From Scyliorhinus canicula (taxonomy: Eukaryota): 64,000 nucleotides of DNA. A program made the position numbers and the translations under genes. The DNA lies in contig NW_024056010.1 of NCBI RefSeq assembly GCF_902713615.1, forward strand, positions 882,378 to 946,377. Direction: 5' to 3'. Every line of letters begins with the position of its first letter. Position 1 is the stretch's first letter. Shown here one piece after another: positions 1-12,409 of the stretch. The notes beneath the pieces are model-generated. The model saw only the letters and a list, made by a program, of their open reading frames with translations, made no database searches and had not been told where the DNA came from.

Positions 1-217
1 CTGCACCGGCCTTAGAGAGAGCACCCTACTTAAGGCACACACCTCCACCCTCTCCCCTTTCTCCCGTAACCCAGTCATTTTAGCGTGGCTAATTCACCTA
101 CCCTGCACATCCTTTTGGATTGTCGTGGCCAGACCCACGCAGACACTGGGAGACTGTGACCCGGGCCGGGATCAAACCCGGGTCCTCGGCTAACCACTGA
201 GCCACCATTCCTGCCCC
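1..217 (-). mobile_element. V-SINE (HE1-like), partial
   Basis: tRNA-like head and V-domain similarity to the other copies. Confidence 0.75.
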
Positions 218-239
218 TAGTGCTGACTTTTGTAAACTC

Positions 240-750
240 CTTTTACAGGATATTACAAGGGGAGGATTTACAGATGGAAACTCAAATCAAACTTCACATC
301 AAGATTTAACAGAGTCACTCCATTCATCAGGATCATTGGTCTGTGAATGTGGAAGCAAAAATGTTTGTCTGTTATGTCTGTAGTGCATGATTTTAAAGAT
401 CAGCGTGACTGGAAAAAGCCCCGATACACACTCAACTCGAGTGAGTGTGTTCCAGTGAACGGACTGTGGAAAGAGCTTTAACCAGTTACACAATCTGAAA
501 AAACATCACCATTCAGAGCGACGAGGGACCATACACATGTTCTCCGTGGAGGTAAAATTTCAACCGATCGTCAAACTTGGAGAGATACAAGGACACCAGC
601 AGCAGCACGCTGAAACCGTGGAAATGTGGGGACTTTGGGAAGGGATTCAGGTTCCCGTGTGAGCTGGAGATTCATCATCGTAGTCACACTGGTGACTGAC
701 CATTCACCTGTTCAGAGTGTGGGAAGGGATTTACTCAGTTATCCCAGTGA
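240..750 (+). pseudogene. Zinc-finger pseudogene fragment paralogous to the 12.4-13.9 kb gene
   Basis: ttttacag|GATATT acceptor, a decayed upstream finger, then [43 protein letters not shown]. Contains a stop codon and is cut off by an L1 fragment. Confidence 0.8.
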
Positions 751-1260
751 GGATGTACCAGGATGTGGGAGCCGAGCTGGCGAGGCACGGACTGGGTCCA
801 ATTATCTGTATTGGACAAGATCTACGTTTCCGGGTGGGTGGGAGGGGTATTTCCTGTATATTAGTCTTTGATGTTGTCTGATAGAAACACAATGTGTTTC
901 TGTGTGGGGAGGAAGGGAGATTTACTTTATGAAGCACAAGGTAGATACATGGGGGGAGAGGGACACCTTTGGAAATTAAGGCTAATAAAGGGACTGCATT
1001 CTGAAATATGTTTATTCTCCAGGTGGACAATATCGTTGTTTTCATTTTATTTTTGTCCTGAGAGGAGCTGCCCCACCAGCAAACAGCTGGTGAATGGGAG
1101 TGAGATTGGGGGGGGGGGGGGGGGGGGATCTGCAGCCGGTGAACCAGTTTTGGCCAGAGCCTGTGGTTGGGTTTTCATCCAGTGTGTGTCGGGATGTGTT
1201 GGGAGGAAATGGGGGGGGGGGGGGGTTAGCTCACTGATGATGACAATAGAACTATTTTTG
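750..1260 (+). mobile_element. Degenerate L1 3' fragment
   Basis: Resembles the L1 ORF2 3' end and G-rich 3' UTR of the other L1 copies. Confidence 0.5.
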
Positions 1261-1370
1261 TTTTAATCTGAGGGAGTGTGTGTGTGTGTGTGTGTGTGTG
1301 TGGCAGCCATCTTGAGTGGATCCTTGGCCTGTACGTTTTGAAAATGTACTGAATCGTCCCTCAGTGGAAA

Positions 1371-1697
1371 TTTCATACAGTACTGAAGGAGGCCATTCGG
1401 CCCAACGAATCCACACCAGCCTCCGAAAGAGCACCCCCATCCCACAGCTCTTCCCAATCCCCCTAAACTAGCAACCCCACCTAACCTTTCAACACTTACG
1501 GGCAATTTAGCAGAACCAATCCACCTAACCTGCAAGTCTTTGGACTGTGGGAGGAAACCGGAGCACCCGGAGGAAACCCACACAGACACAGGAGAACGCG
1601 CAGACTCCGCACAGACAGTGACCCAAGCCGGGAATCAAACCTGGGACTCTGGAGCTGTGAAGCAACAGAGCTAACCACTGTTCTACTGCGCTGCCCC
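1371..1697 (-). mobile_element. V-SINE (HE1-like)
   Basis: GGTTTCCTCCGGGTGCTCCGGTTTCCTCCCACAGTCCAAAGA core and CR1-type tail. Confidence 0.9.
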
Positions 1698-1929
1698 AAA
1701 TGGTTGATTCCATGATGGGAAAGAGGTGGGAGACCCTGATCTGGCTGATCACCTGAAACGTTAAAATAATTGGGTGGACCAGTGAAGGTCGAGAGTTTTC
1801 ACTCCCTAAAAATTCTACATGCTGGTGTAGTGTTCTTCCAGGAGACTCACTTGCGGGTTAGAGATCAGACCAGACTGTGGAGCGGTGAGCCAAGTGTTTC
1901 ACTCGGGCTTTGATGGAAGGGCTCGATGT

Positions 1930-2420
1930 GCTGCAATTCTAATTAATAAACAGATCCCTCTTTCGGTTACTCGGATCATTGCGGACACTAATGGCAGATA
2001 CGTGGTGGTCAGTGGGTCATTGGCAGGTACATTGGTGGTGTTGGTGAATGGCTAAGCCCCTAACTGGGACGATGTGGCATTCGTAAAAAAAATTGTTGGG
2101 ATCCATCTCAGACCTGAATGCACATCAATTGATTCTTGGAGGAGATTTCAATTTTGTATTGGATCTGAAAATGGGCTGGTTGAAGCCTATTCAACCAATA
2201 CAAATACACAAAACAGGAATGAAACCTGGGGGACCACCCGGATCGACCCAGGCACCGGAAACGATAACAGCAAACCTGGCAAAAGATAAATAAATCTGTT
2301 ACTATGGGATTCTGGGACACAGATTTCTGATTGTGAGCAAGATCCACAGAGGAGATATGAGGGGGAAATTTGACCACAGTGAGTGATAATGATCTGAACT
2401 CAATGCTTACACACAAAAGG
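1930..2420 (+). mobile_element. Degenerate L1 endonuclease fragment
   Basis: GRYVVVSGSL...APNWDDVAF...LILGGDFNFVLD motifs. Confidence 0.75.
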
Positions 2421-2559
2421 TCAATAGCCTCCAGATCCTGAGAACCCGAATGGTGCTGTCAGAATTTGATGTGAGGATTGGTTGTGAATTTCCTGTCTGC
2501 GAATCCCTTTCTAAGCTCCTGTGAAAGAAGTTTACAAAGGCATCACTGTCAGTCCAGAA

Positions 2560-4330
2560 TTGAAATTCACGAAAGATAAATATTTCTCCTGGTTTGAATT
2601 TGCTGTGTGTAAATCCTCCGCTTATAATCAGAACCAACGCAGGACATCCTGAGGGGGACAATGAACAGCCAGAGGTCGTAGTGAAAGCCATAGCAATTAG
2701 CGATATACAATCAGAAAGCATAGAATCTCGGTGGGTAGAGTTGAGGAATGGCAAAGATAAAAAGACCCTGATGGGAGTTATGTACAGGCCCCTCAGCAGG
2801 AGTCAGGATGTGGGGCAGAAAATAAATCAGGGGGCCCGTCAGGTTTCATCTCTTTTTTGTAGCAGTTGAATTGGCTTGGACCAGTTCATTTTAGAATCAG
2901 TACACAATTGAGGTTTCCTCCAAGCGGTGAGTGCAGTGGCATCACTAAGAAGGTGGTTCTGGGGAAACTGAAAAGGTCTGAAGGTGGATAAATCACCTTG
3001 ACTGGATGGACTACACCACAGGGTTCTGAAACAGATAGCCAAGGAGATTGTGGAGGCATTGGTGGTGATCTTTCAGGAATCACTGGAGGCAGGAAGGGTC
3101 TCAGAGGACAGGGAAGTGGCAAATATAACACCGCTGTTTAAGAAGGGAGGGAGGCAGAAAATGGGAAATTTTAGGCCGGTTAGCCTGACTTCGGTCATTG
3201 GTCAGATTTTAGAGCCCATTAAGGGGCAATTTAGCATGGCCAATCCACCCAACCTGCTCATCTTTTGGGTTGTGGGGGTGAAACCCACACAGACAGGGGG
3301 AGAATGTGCAAACTCCACACGGACTGTGACCTCGGGCTGGGATTCGAACCTGGGTCCTCAGCGCTGCAGTCCTAATGCTATCCACTGTGCTGGCCCCGAG
3401 AGTCCATTATTAAAGATGAGATTGTAGCTGGAAGTGCATGATAAAATAGGACTGAGTCAGCACTGCTTTGTCAAAGAGAGGTCATGTCTGACAAATCTGT
3501 TAAGAGTTCTTTGAGAAGGTAACAAGGATGTTAAACAAAGGAGAACCAGTGGACATGATTTATTTAGATTTCCAGAAGGCCTTTGACAAGATGCCGCACA
3601 GGAGACTGTTAAATAAGTTAAGAACCCATGGTGTTAAGGGTAAGATCCTGGCATAGATAGAGGATAGGCTGACTGGCAGAAGGCAGGGAGTGGGGATAAA
3701 GGGGTCTTTGTCAGAATGGCAGCCGGTGACTAGTGGTGTGCCTTAGGGGTCTATGCTGGGACCACAACTTTTCACAACGTACATTAATGATTTGGAAGAA
3801 GGAACTGAAGGCACTGTTGCAAGTTTGCAGATGATAGAAAGATCTGTAGAGGGACAGGTAGTATTGATTAAGCAGGGGGGCTGCAGAAGGACTTGGACAA
3901 GCTAGGAGAGTGGGCAATGAAGTGGCAGATGGAATACAACATGGAAAAGTGTGAGGTTATGCACTTTGGAAGGAGGAATTTAGGCCTAGACTATTTTCTA
4001 AATGGGGAAATGCTGTTTTCCAAAGGGGAAATGCTGAGGAAATCAGAAGCACAAAGGGACTTGGGAGTCCTTGTTCACAATTCTCTTAAGGTTAATGTAC
4101 AGGTTCAGTCGGCGTTAAGAAGTCAAATGCAATGTTAGCATTCATGTCAAGAGGGCTAGAATAAAAGACCAGGGACATACTTCTGAGGCTGTACAAGGCT
4201 CTGGTCAGACCCCATTCGGAGTATTGTGCGCAGTTTTGGGCCCTGTATCTGAGGAATGATGTGCTGGCCTTGGAAAGAGTCCGGAGGAGGATCACAAGAA
4301 AGATCCCAAGTGGCCTAATTCTGCTCCTAT
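2560..4330 (+). mobile_element. Degenerate CR1 LINE fragments with a SINE inserted at ~3215-3398
   Basis: WVELRN...GVMYRP, KSPXLDGLHHRVL, FRPVSLTSV and DFQKAFDK motifs. Confidence 0.8.
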
Positions 4331-4739
4331 GTCTTATGGTCTAATCCCCTGTAAAAAGAGTTTCCAAAATCCATTGCAGTCAGTCCTGCTCCCTGGTCCA
4401 GGATGACCGCTTATGCCTCCTGCTGCACTTTGCCCCCTCTTGTTACCAGCAGTTCCCTGATTTGAGGGCGATGTGTACTCAGTGTTGTGAGGTTCTACCC
4501 TGGGTCTTCACATGGCTGAACAGAGCCGCAGAGCTTTGGACACATGGGACAGAATTTCTAACAAGACAGAGAAATCCAGAGAACAGGATGAGCTTCCTTT
4601 TCTTTCCATCTCTGCCACCGCTTTGCATCATCAATAAGACAGAGGGACTCAGGACTAATCCAGTTTGATGGACAAGTTGTCTCCATTCTGAACAATGGGG
4701 AACAAGCCCCTCCCACTCATTGAAACATCGCCCCGACAA

Positions 4740-5130
4740 AGATGAGAAACGCGCATGCGCCCTCATGCACATCCAGTAAAAATGGCGGCCGTGAACCCAA
4801 GCCGGACACGAGGAGCTGCAGCTCGGTACAAACTGTGACCCAGGAACTCTTTTCCGAGATTTATGCTTAACAACAACTTTACACAACGTTTTCGCCCACC
4901 CGCGCGATCTGCCGCTTCCTCGATATTGTTAAACGCCTCTTACCGATTTCGGATCTGAAAACACTGCTCGCCTCCTTCACCTTTATCCATACTGCGCATG
5001 CTTCAATCAGAGCGGGTCCCGCCTTTTATTCACTCTGATTGGTTGGAGGACCAGCTGGTATGTTGGACCGCCAGTCCCGCCCCTCTCTTTCTATTGGCCG
5101 GGACCGCCGTCAATCACCTGGTCATTATGA
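4740..5130. promoter_or_regulatory. CpG-rich housekeeping-type promoter (NRF1, YY1, CCAAT, GC box) with a candidate minus-strand first exon ending at donor 4943
   Basis: GCGCATGCGC 4751-4760, AAAATGGCGGC 4779-4789, TGCGCATGC 4993-5001, ATTGG 5038 and 5093, CCCGCCC 5076. Confidence 0.6.
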
Positions 5131-6135
5131 CGGATGCAGATGGTGAAAGCGGCCACAGGTTCAGGCTGACTCGCTGATTGTCCAATAATAACAGTTCGGC
5201 CCATCGAATCTGCACCGACCCGATGTAAAATCATCCTACCTGGGCCAATCTAGGACGGCAGGTAACACAGTGGGTAGCACTGTTGCTTCCCAGATCCAGG
5301 GTCCCAGATCATAACTCTGTCACTGTTATTATTAAACAGTAGCCTGCCTGAAATGAAAATCTCTTATTTTCACAAATATCTTCAAAAATGAAGTTACTGT
5401 GAAAAGCTCCTAGTCGCCACATTCTGGTGCCTTTTTGGGGAGGCTGGGACGGGAATGCCTGTTATTCTAATGCTGGTGTGTGTTCCACTGTCACTGTTAT
5501 CATTAGACAATAATAGGAGGGCAAGATGCAAGGTGGCAAAGATAATTTGATGTTTCTGTGTTATAGTCCGTGTCACTGGGACGTGTGAGATAAAATAGGA
5601 ATGGAAACATCGTGACAGAGACACGTGTGACTGACTCCACCTGATTCAGAGCTGTTCTATCCAAGATGAGAGCAATGAGGACATGGGGAACTCCAGAGAT
5701 TTATGGTATCTGAGCTGCATCTGTAGAGGAACTGAAATCATTCTAGTGGTTCTCGATTTATACAGTCACACAGGAAATATATCTGACAGCTAAAACCAAA
5801 GTTTCAATCTTCACTTTGAGACACACTGTGATTGAAAAGATCAAATGTTAAAACATCTGGAGAGGAAAATTCAGACTGTCACAAAGGGCATCATGAAAAA
5901 TTAAATGAAAATGAAAATCGCTTATTGTCACGAGTAGGCATCAATGAAGTTACTGTGACCAGCCGCTCTTGTTTGGTTGTCCAGTCCCACCCCCTCATCC
6001 TATTGGTCCGAAGCTGCCGTCAATCAGTCCCCGGGCATTGTGATCCTGTGATGTGGAGATGCTGCCGTTGGACTGGGGTGAGCACAGTAAGAAGTCTGAC
6101 AACACCAGGTTAAAGTCCAACAGGTTTGTTTCAAA

Positions 6136-6170
6136 CACTAGCTTTCGGATCACTGCTCCTTCCTCAGGTG
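6136..6170 (-). ncRNA. Minimal hammerhead ribozyme motif in a Penelope-like terminal repeat
   Basis: CAC-CTGAGGA-A-GGAGC agt GATCC-GAAA-GCTA-GTG; one mismatch in stem II. Confidence 0.65.
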
Positions 6171-6236
6171 AATGATTCAGGACACAGGACTCAGGTGAAT
6201 GATTCACCTGAGTCCTGTGTCCGGTGTCCAAGCAAC

Positions 6237-6587
6237 ACTGAATCATTGAATTCACAATGCAGAAGGAGGGAATTTGGCCCATCGAGTCTGCACCAGCCCT
6301 TGGAAAGAGTACCCTACCTAAGTCCATACTTACACCCCATCCCTACACCTCCACCCTATCCTCGTAACCCCAGTAAACCTTTTTTGGACACTAAGGGCAA
6401 TTTGGCATGGCTAATCCACCTAACCTGCACATCTTTGGACTGTGGGAGGAAACTGGAGCATCCGGAGGAAACCCACGCAGACACGGATAGAACGTGCCGA
6501 CTCCGCACAGTGACCCAAGCCGGGAATCAAACCTGGGATGGTGCCGCCACGTAGCAACAGTGCTAACCACTGTGCTACCATGCTGCC
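6237..6587 (-). mobile_element. V-SINE (HE1-like)
   Basis: Same core and tail. Confidence 0.9.
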
Positions 6588-6954
6588 AAAACGAAAAATT
6601 GGTATTTAATCGAAAGAGTCGATGCTGAGAAAAGGGATGTTCTAATTACTTAGTGAATTGCAATTTATTTGTGCAATTGCAAAAGGCAGTGAAAAGTTGG
6701 ATTCTCTGAAGTTAAATGTCCGCCTTGACGTTGTGAATTGGATTTCACAAGCTTTTGGAAGCTCCACCCTCTTTAATCCTTTTTGGTCTAAGAAGGTTGA
6801 AGCTTTGGGTAACCTGAAAGCTGATCGTTTTACTTTTTTTTTGTTTTATTTGAGTCAGTTGGAAAAGTGCCTGAAGAGGGGGGAAAATACAAATTTGGGC
6901 AAAACTGAAAAAGTTGCCAAAAGAATTGAGAATACAAAGTTTAAAATGGTGTTT

Positions 6955-7262
6955 CATAGAATTTACAGTGCAGAAGGAGGCCACTTGGGCCATCAAGTCC
7001 ATACCGGCCCCTGGAAAGAGCACCCCACCTATCCCCACACCTCCACCCTATCCCCACCTAATCTTTTTTGAACTCTAAGGGCAATTTAGCATGGCCAATC
7101 CACCTAACCATGCACATCTTTGGGCTGTGGGAGGAAACTGGAGCACGCGGAGGAAACCCACGCAGACACAGGGAGAACGTGCAGACTCCACACAGACAGT
7201 GACCCAAGCTGGGAATCGAATCTGGGACCCTGGCGCAGTGATGCCACAGGGCTAACTCATAG
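6955..7262 (-). mobile_element. V-SINE (HE1-like)
   Basis: Same core and tail. Confidence 0.88.
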
Positions 7263-8049
7263 TGCTGATTCATTTCATATCTGAAAATGAAGTTACGTAA
7301 AGTCAACACAGTTGTACACATTTGAGAACGTTTGTTCCTAACAACCTTGAGAGCAGAGAAGTTAACCCTTTTCACTGAACAGCACAGTGATGATTTAAAC
7401 TAAAGACTTTGCCTTTTTAAGATTTGGCTTCTTTCAAGACAAAGTGGTTTTGGATGGAAAAATATCAGAGTTATCTCCAAACTGATTGCAAATTGAATGA
7501 CGTACTGTAAGGTGGTTTAGATGTTCTGAATTCTCCCTCAGTGTGACCCAAACAGGCGCCGGAATGTGACGACAAGGGACTTTTCACAGTAACTTCATTG
7601 CAGTGTTAATGTAAGCCTACTTGTGACAATAAAGATTACCACAGATTATTATTATTAGAAATGTTGTCCTTCTGTCTCTAATCTACAAATATATTATGTG
7701 AATATTAAATTGGTCAGAAAAGTTCCTTAATTGTTCCTTTGTAGTCTGTGTTGTTCTGAGTTATGACAGTATTAACCTCCTCCCTAACCTGTCCCACCCT
7801 TCTGCCTGTCCACCAACAGAAACCAGGGACTCCTCGATCTCAGGGTGACATACCCTGTCTGCATAATTATTTGTTTAAATCAGCCCCTGAATTATTGATG
7901 GATTGGTTCATCATGTTGCCACATTTCAGTAATAAATGTTGAAATGTTTGCTCCACACCCACAGGGTTTCATCTGTTTATAGCCACAAACAGAAAGGTCC
8001 AGTTTTCTCCTGGGGTCTGAGAAAAATCAGCTTTCAAAATGATGCAGAG

Positions 8050-8280
8050 TTTTAGCCAATGAGGAATATCCGGGCTAGTCCCGCCCCCCCATTCACTCCA
8101 ATTACTTGGAGGACCAGCCACTCCTGCTCGGTCCTCCAGCTCCGCCACCTCTTCCCATTGTTCTGGAGCTGCCGCCAATCACACCCTCGGCATTGTGATC
8201 TGGAGCATGCGCAGTGCCGATACTGGAGTGATGTTGTTGGGGTGAAATTCTAGGCAGATCAGAATTAGAACTGCAGGTGA
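8050..8280. promoter_or_regulatory. Paralogous promoter cassette with a candidate plus-strand first exon (donor CAG|GTGAG at 8277)
   Basis: CCAAT, CCCGCCCC, GCATGCGCA; homologous to 5000-5125. Confidence 0.45.
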
Positions 8281-8876
8281 GCAGGATGCGATAGTACTGG
8301 CGAGTGGTTTGAGGGGCTTCACAAACACCCGGTGGAGGGCAGGAACGTGGAATGAAAAGTAACAGTAAAGGGACAGTTGAAGGGGCGGCATGGTAGCACA
8401 GTGGTTAGCACTGCTGCATCACAGCACCAGAGATCCGGGTGCCATTCCGGCTTGCGTGACTGTGCAGTTTGCACCTTCTCTATTTGTCGTCCTTTGCATA
8501 CTCCTTAAATCTACTTCACAAATTAGTTCCCTGCCTATATTTGAATCATACATTCAATCCCATCATCCAACACATTCATACAGACTGTAAATGGTTGATA
8601 GCCCAGCACTGATCCTGGTGACATTCCACTTGTCACATCTTACCCACCCAGAAATGACCCATTTATACCGACTGGCTGCTTCCTGTTCGCTAACCAATCC
8701 TCTATCCATGCTGATGTGTTGCTCCCACACCATGAGCTCTTATTTTGTGTAATAACCTTTGATGCGGCACCTTGGGAAATACCTTCTGGAAATCCAGATA
8801 AAGCACATCTACAGGTTCCCCTTTATTGACATCCCTTGTTACTTCCTCAGAGAACGTTGGCTGATTTAGCCAGCAG

Positions 8877-9060
8877 GGGCTGGTTTAGCACAGGGCTAAA
8901 TTGCTGGCTTTGAAAGCAGACCAAGGCAGGCCAGCAGCAGGTTCAATTCCCGTACCAGCCTCCCCAAACAGGCACCAGAATGTGGTGACTAGGGTTTTTC
9001 ACAGTAACTTCATTTGAAACCTACTTGTGACAATAAGCTATTTTCATTTCATTTTCATTA
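8877..9060 (+). mobile_element. Second tRNA-derived SINE family (other copies 29870-30060, 34398-34570, 37349-37525; partial minus copy 5370-5460)
   Basis: gggctggtttagcacagggctaaa head, ggttcaattcc B-box, ...gtgacaataag...ttttcatttc tail. Confidence 0.85.
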
Positions 9061-9099
9061 AATTAGTCAATCACGATTTATTCCCTGAACCCCATTTTC

Positions 9100-9510
9100 T
9101 TTTTTTTTTAAATGTATTTATTCGAAGTTTTTCAATTAGTTCACAAAACACTCCAAAAAGGAAAATAATACAAAGAAAGAAGGGCAACATGCCAACAAAA
9201 CAAAACTTAACACTCTAAAAGATAAACAGTTTAACAAATTAACACCCAACTCAAAACAGGATAGGGCATGCGGCCCTTACAAAAAGGAAAATAAATCAGA
9301 ACCACCCCCACCCTGGGTTGCTGCTGCTGCTGACTTCCACCTAACGATCCGCGAGAAAGTCAAGGAATGGTTGCCACCGCCTGGAGAACCCCTGCATGGA
9401 CCCTCGCAAGGCAAACTTTATCTTCTCCAACCTGAGACACCCCACCATGTCGTTGACCCAAGCCACTACGCTTGGAGGCTTCGCGTCCCTCCACAATAAC
9501 AAGAGCCTAG
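9100..9510 (-). mobile_element. L1 3' end fragment
   Basis: Similar to 21200-21380 of the young L1, followed by an AT-rich tail. Confidence 0.65.
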
Positions 9511-10399
9511 AAAAATCAAATCTCCTCTACCCCTCTGGCTCCTTTGCCAATTACCTCAGATGGACTCACTTTCTGCTAAAGAGCCTGTCAACCCCTCTCA
9601 CCCACTTTCCCGAAAGTGAACAAATTTAATCTGGAAAAGTCCAACAAATTCAAATATTTTCCTGTTAAAAGTTTATTGATGAAACACAACATGGTTAAAA
9701 AAAAACAGAAAATTACTTGAGGATCAAAGACAACAGAGTAACAGGATGTTCACAATGTTCTGGTCCCAAATGGTTTTCCTTCAGCTCCTCTGTACCCTGT
9801 TCCCATGATTCCCCACTTTGGACACGGGGGCACTGAACCCTGGGGGTCGCATCACCGTCAGCCCCAGTTACCCCCCCACCCTGCTCTGAACCCTGATTGG
9901 TTGAATGTCCAGTTCCCAGTCAGTCCTCCAGCACCTTCCTGTCTCTATTAGCGATGCCCATGGCAGTTCCCCAACTGGGGAACAGGTCCCGTTATTCTCA
10001 GCTAAATTCAGCCCTCAGCTCCATCACCTGGCTGTCACTGACATGAGCAATAGAGACAGAAAGGTGCCCGAGGCTCAAATAGGAAGACAAAACTTCCTAT
10101 TAGGATCAGGATTAGGATCTCCGTAAAGGTCAGCATCTTCTAAGAAAAATTCAAATTCCCAGTCAACAAATTAAAGGATCACACGACAGGACTTTTAATG
10201 CAACAAACAAACTGGAAGCTACTTTAACTCGGAAACCTATACATTAAACTATAAAATAGAACTTCGCCCTTTATACAATCTAAAATCACACTCCACAATT
10301 ACAGTTTACTCTTTCCTGGAAGTCAAAACTTAATTATCTCAGAATCTGCCCAAAGTGATGATGCATTCCTGAGGATTTACTTCCGTTCTTCAACCAAGA

Positions 10400-10990
10400 C
10401 ACGGAGGGAAAAAAATAGAATAGAATGTGAACTAGAAAAATACATAAAAATGGACTGTAAAAGCTTCTATGGCTACATAAAAAGTAAACGTTTGGCTAAG
10501 ACAAAGGTTTGTCCATTCCAGATAGTCAGGAGAATTTAGAATGAGGAATAGAGATCTCTACAGCCACCTCGTTCAACACTCTGGGATGTAGATCATCAGC
10601 TTTTGGGTATTTATTCACTTTCAACCCCATTAATTTCTCCAGTGCTAATTTTTCACCAATACTAATCTCTGCCAGTCCCTTGGTTCTCTGGTGTTTTGGG
10701 GACAATTTCTGTATCTTCCTCCGTGAAGACAGACACACATTGTTTACTTTCTCTGCATTTCCTTACTCCCCATTATAAACTCTCCTGTCTCTGCCAGGAA
10801 TGGGCCCACATTGGTCTTTGCTAATCTTTTCCTTTTCACATTCCTGTAGAAGCTTTTCCAGTCAGTTTTTATCTTTCTCACCAGTTTGCTCTCATCAGTT
10901 TCTTGGTCCTCCTTTGTTGAATTCTAATGGATCTCATGGAATCTTTAACTTTTCTTGTTAACCAAGGTTCCATCACTTTTCCTGTTGGAT
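10400..10990 (-). mobile_element. Degenerate CR1 fragment
   Basis: LEKLMGLKVNKYPKADDLHPRVLNEVAVEI motif. Confidence 0.7.
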
Positions 10991-11017
10991 ATTTGTTCCT
11001 TAAAGGAATCTATATTT

Positions 11018-11318
11018 AGAACGTAGAACATCGAGAAATACAGCACAGAACAGGCCCTTCGGCCCACGATGTTGTGCCGAACTTCTGTCCTAGGTTAATC
11101 ATAGATCATAGAATTTTGGACACTAAGGGCAATTTAGCCTGGCCAATCCACCCAACCTGCACATCTTTGGACTGTGGGAGGAAACTGGAGCACCCGGAAG
11201 AAACCCACGCACACACGGGGAGGATGTGCAGACTCCACACAATGACCCAGCCGAAATCGAACCTGGGACCCTGGAGCTGTGAAGCAATTGTGCTATCCAC
11301 AATGCTACCATGCTGCCC
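11018..11318 (-). mobile_element. V-SINE within a CR1 tail; the composite recurs at 16140-16490
   Basis: Same core; identical flank organisation in both copies. Confidence 0.85.
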
Positions 11319-11399
11319 TTAAGAACAAATTAATCTACACTCCATTATTCTACCATAATCCATGTACCTATCCAATAGCCGCTTGGAGTTGTATTTATG

Positions 11400-11612
11400 T
11401 GAATAAAAGGTTGCAAAAATCCCAGAGGAGCATAGGCTGCTCTTCCCTTTGACAGAGAGAGAGCTGACTGGAGGTGATTTAACCCGAGGGTCAGTACACC
11501 TCAGGCGAGGGGCCTGGTTCATCAATAAACTCAGCCAGTACGGGAGTTGAATCCTCACTGTTGGCCTCGCTCTGCATCACCAACCAGCCGTCCGGCCAAC
11601 TGAGCAAACTAA
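11400..11612 (-). mobile_element. Third tRNA-head SINE-like repeat (another copy 38880-39092, partial 17400-17460)
   Basis: Shared gagctgactg..gtgatttaacc.gaggg core and ccagccgtcc.gc.aactgag head. Confidence 0.7.
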
Positions 11613-12185
11613 CCCCTGATAAATATGAAATAATTCCTTAAATATTAGGCATTCTCCTGTACCAATCAGTTTCCCAGTCCACCTCAGACAACTTGCCCCT
11701 CGTACCCTGATAGTTTTCTTCTGTGAGGAACACCCAGATAAATTAAACAAAACCATGTAACCACCAGGGCCCATCTCCTTGGCAACGTGGCTTTGGGGGG
11801 TATCAAACAGAGATAGCAACTAAATATCTTCACACTTCCAAACCCCCTTTCACTCTGTGATCCTTGTGCAATTTGAAGCCAGGTATTAGCAACAAGGCTC
11901 AAAGAGAATCAGCCGACTGGAGGCAAAGTGGTGAGACCGGCCAGTCCAGCAGAAAGAAACCCTTCGACCATCCCCACTGACCACCTGTCAGAATGAACAA
12001 AATGCAGTCCTGGGTGTAGAGCAGAAACAATAACAGCAGAATCCAACCCCTGTAATCAATTGTGAAATTGTTGGTGTCACAGCAGGTGCAAAGAAACGTG
12101 CAATCCCATCTCACATTGAGATGTGAATGGCCTCTCCCCAGTGTGAACTTGGTGTCTCCGCAGGTTGGATAACTGAGTAAATCCT

Positions 12186-12409
12186 GGGCAGCACGGTGGC
12201 CTAGTGGTTAGCACAACCGTCTCACGGCGCTGAGGTCCCAGGTTCGAATCCCGGCCCTGGGTCACTGTCTGTGTGGAGTTTGCACATTCTCCCCGTGTCT
12301 GCGTGGGTTTCGCCCCCACAACCCAAAAATGTGCAGAGTAGGTGGATTGGCCACACTAAATTGCCCCTTAATTGGAAAAAATAATTGGGTAATCTAAATT
12401 AAAAAAAAA
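12186..12409 (+). mobile_element. V-SINE (HE1-like) inserted in the ZNF coding sequence with a 15-bp TSD
   Basis: tRNA-like head, A-tail, TSD aactgagtaaatcct at 12171-12185 and 12410-12424. Confidence 0.92.

Noticed and set aside
8385-8480. tRNA-like sequences and CACAGTG heptamers in SINE heads
   Set aside because: These are part of the SINE consensus, with no full cloverleaf and no correctly spaced nonamer.
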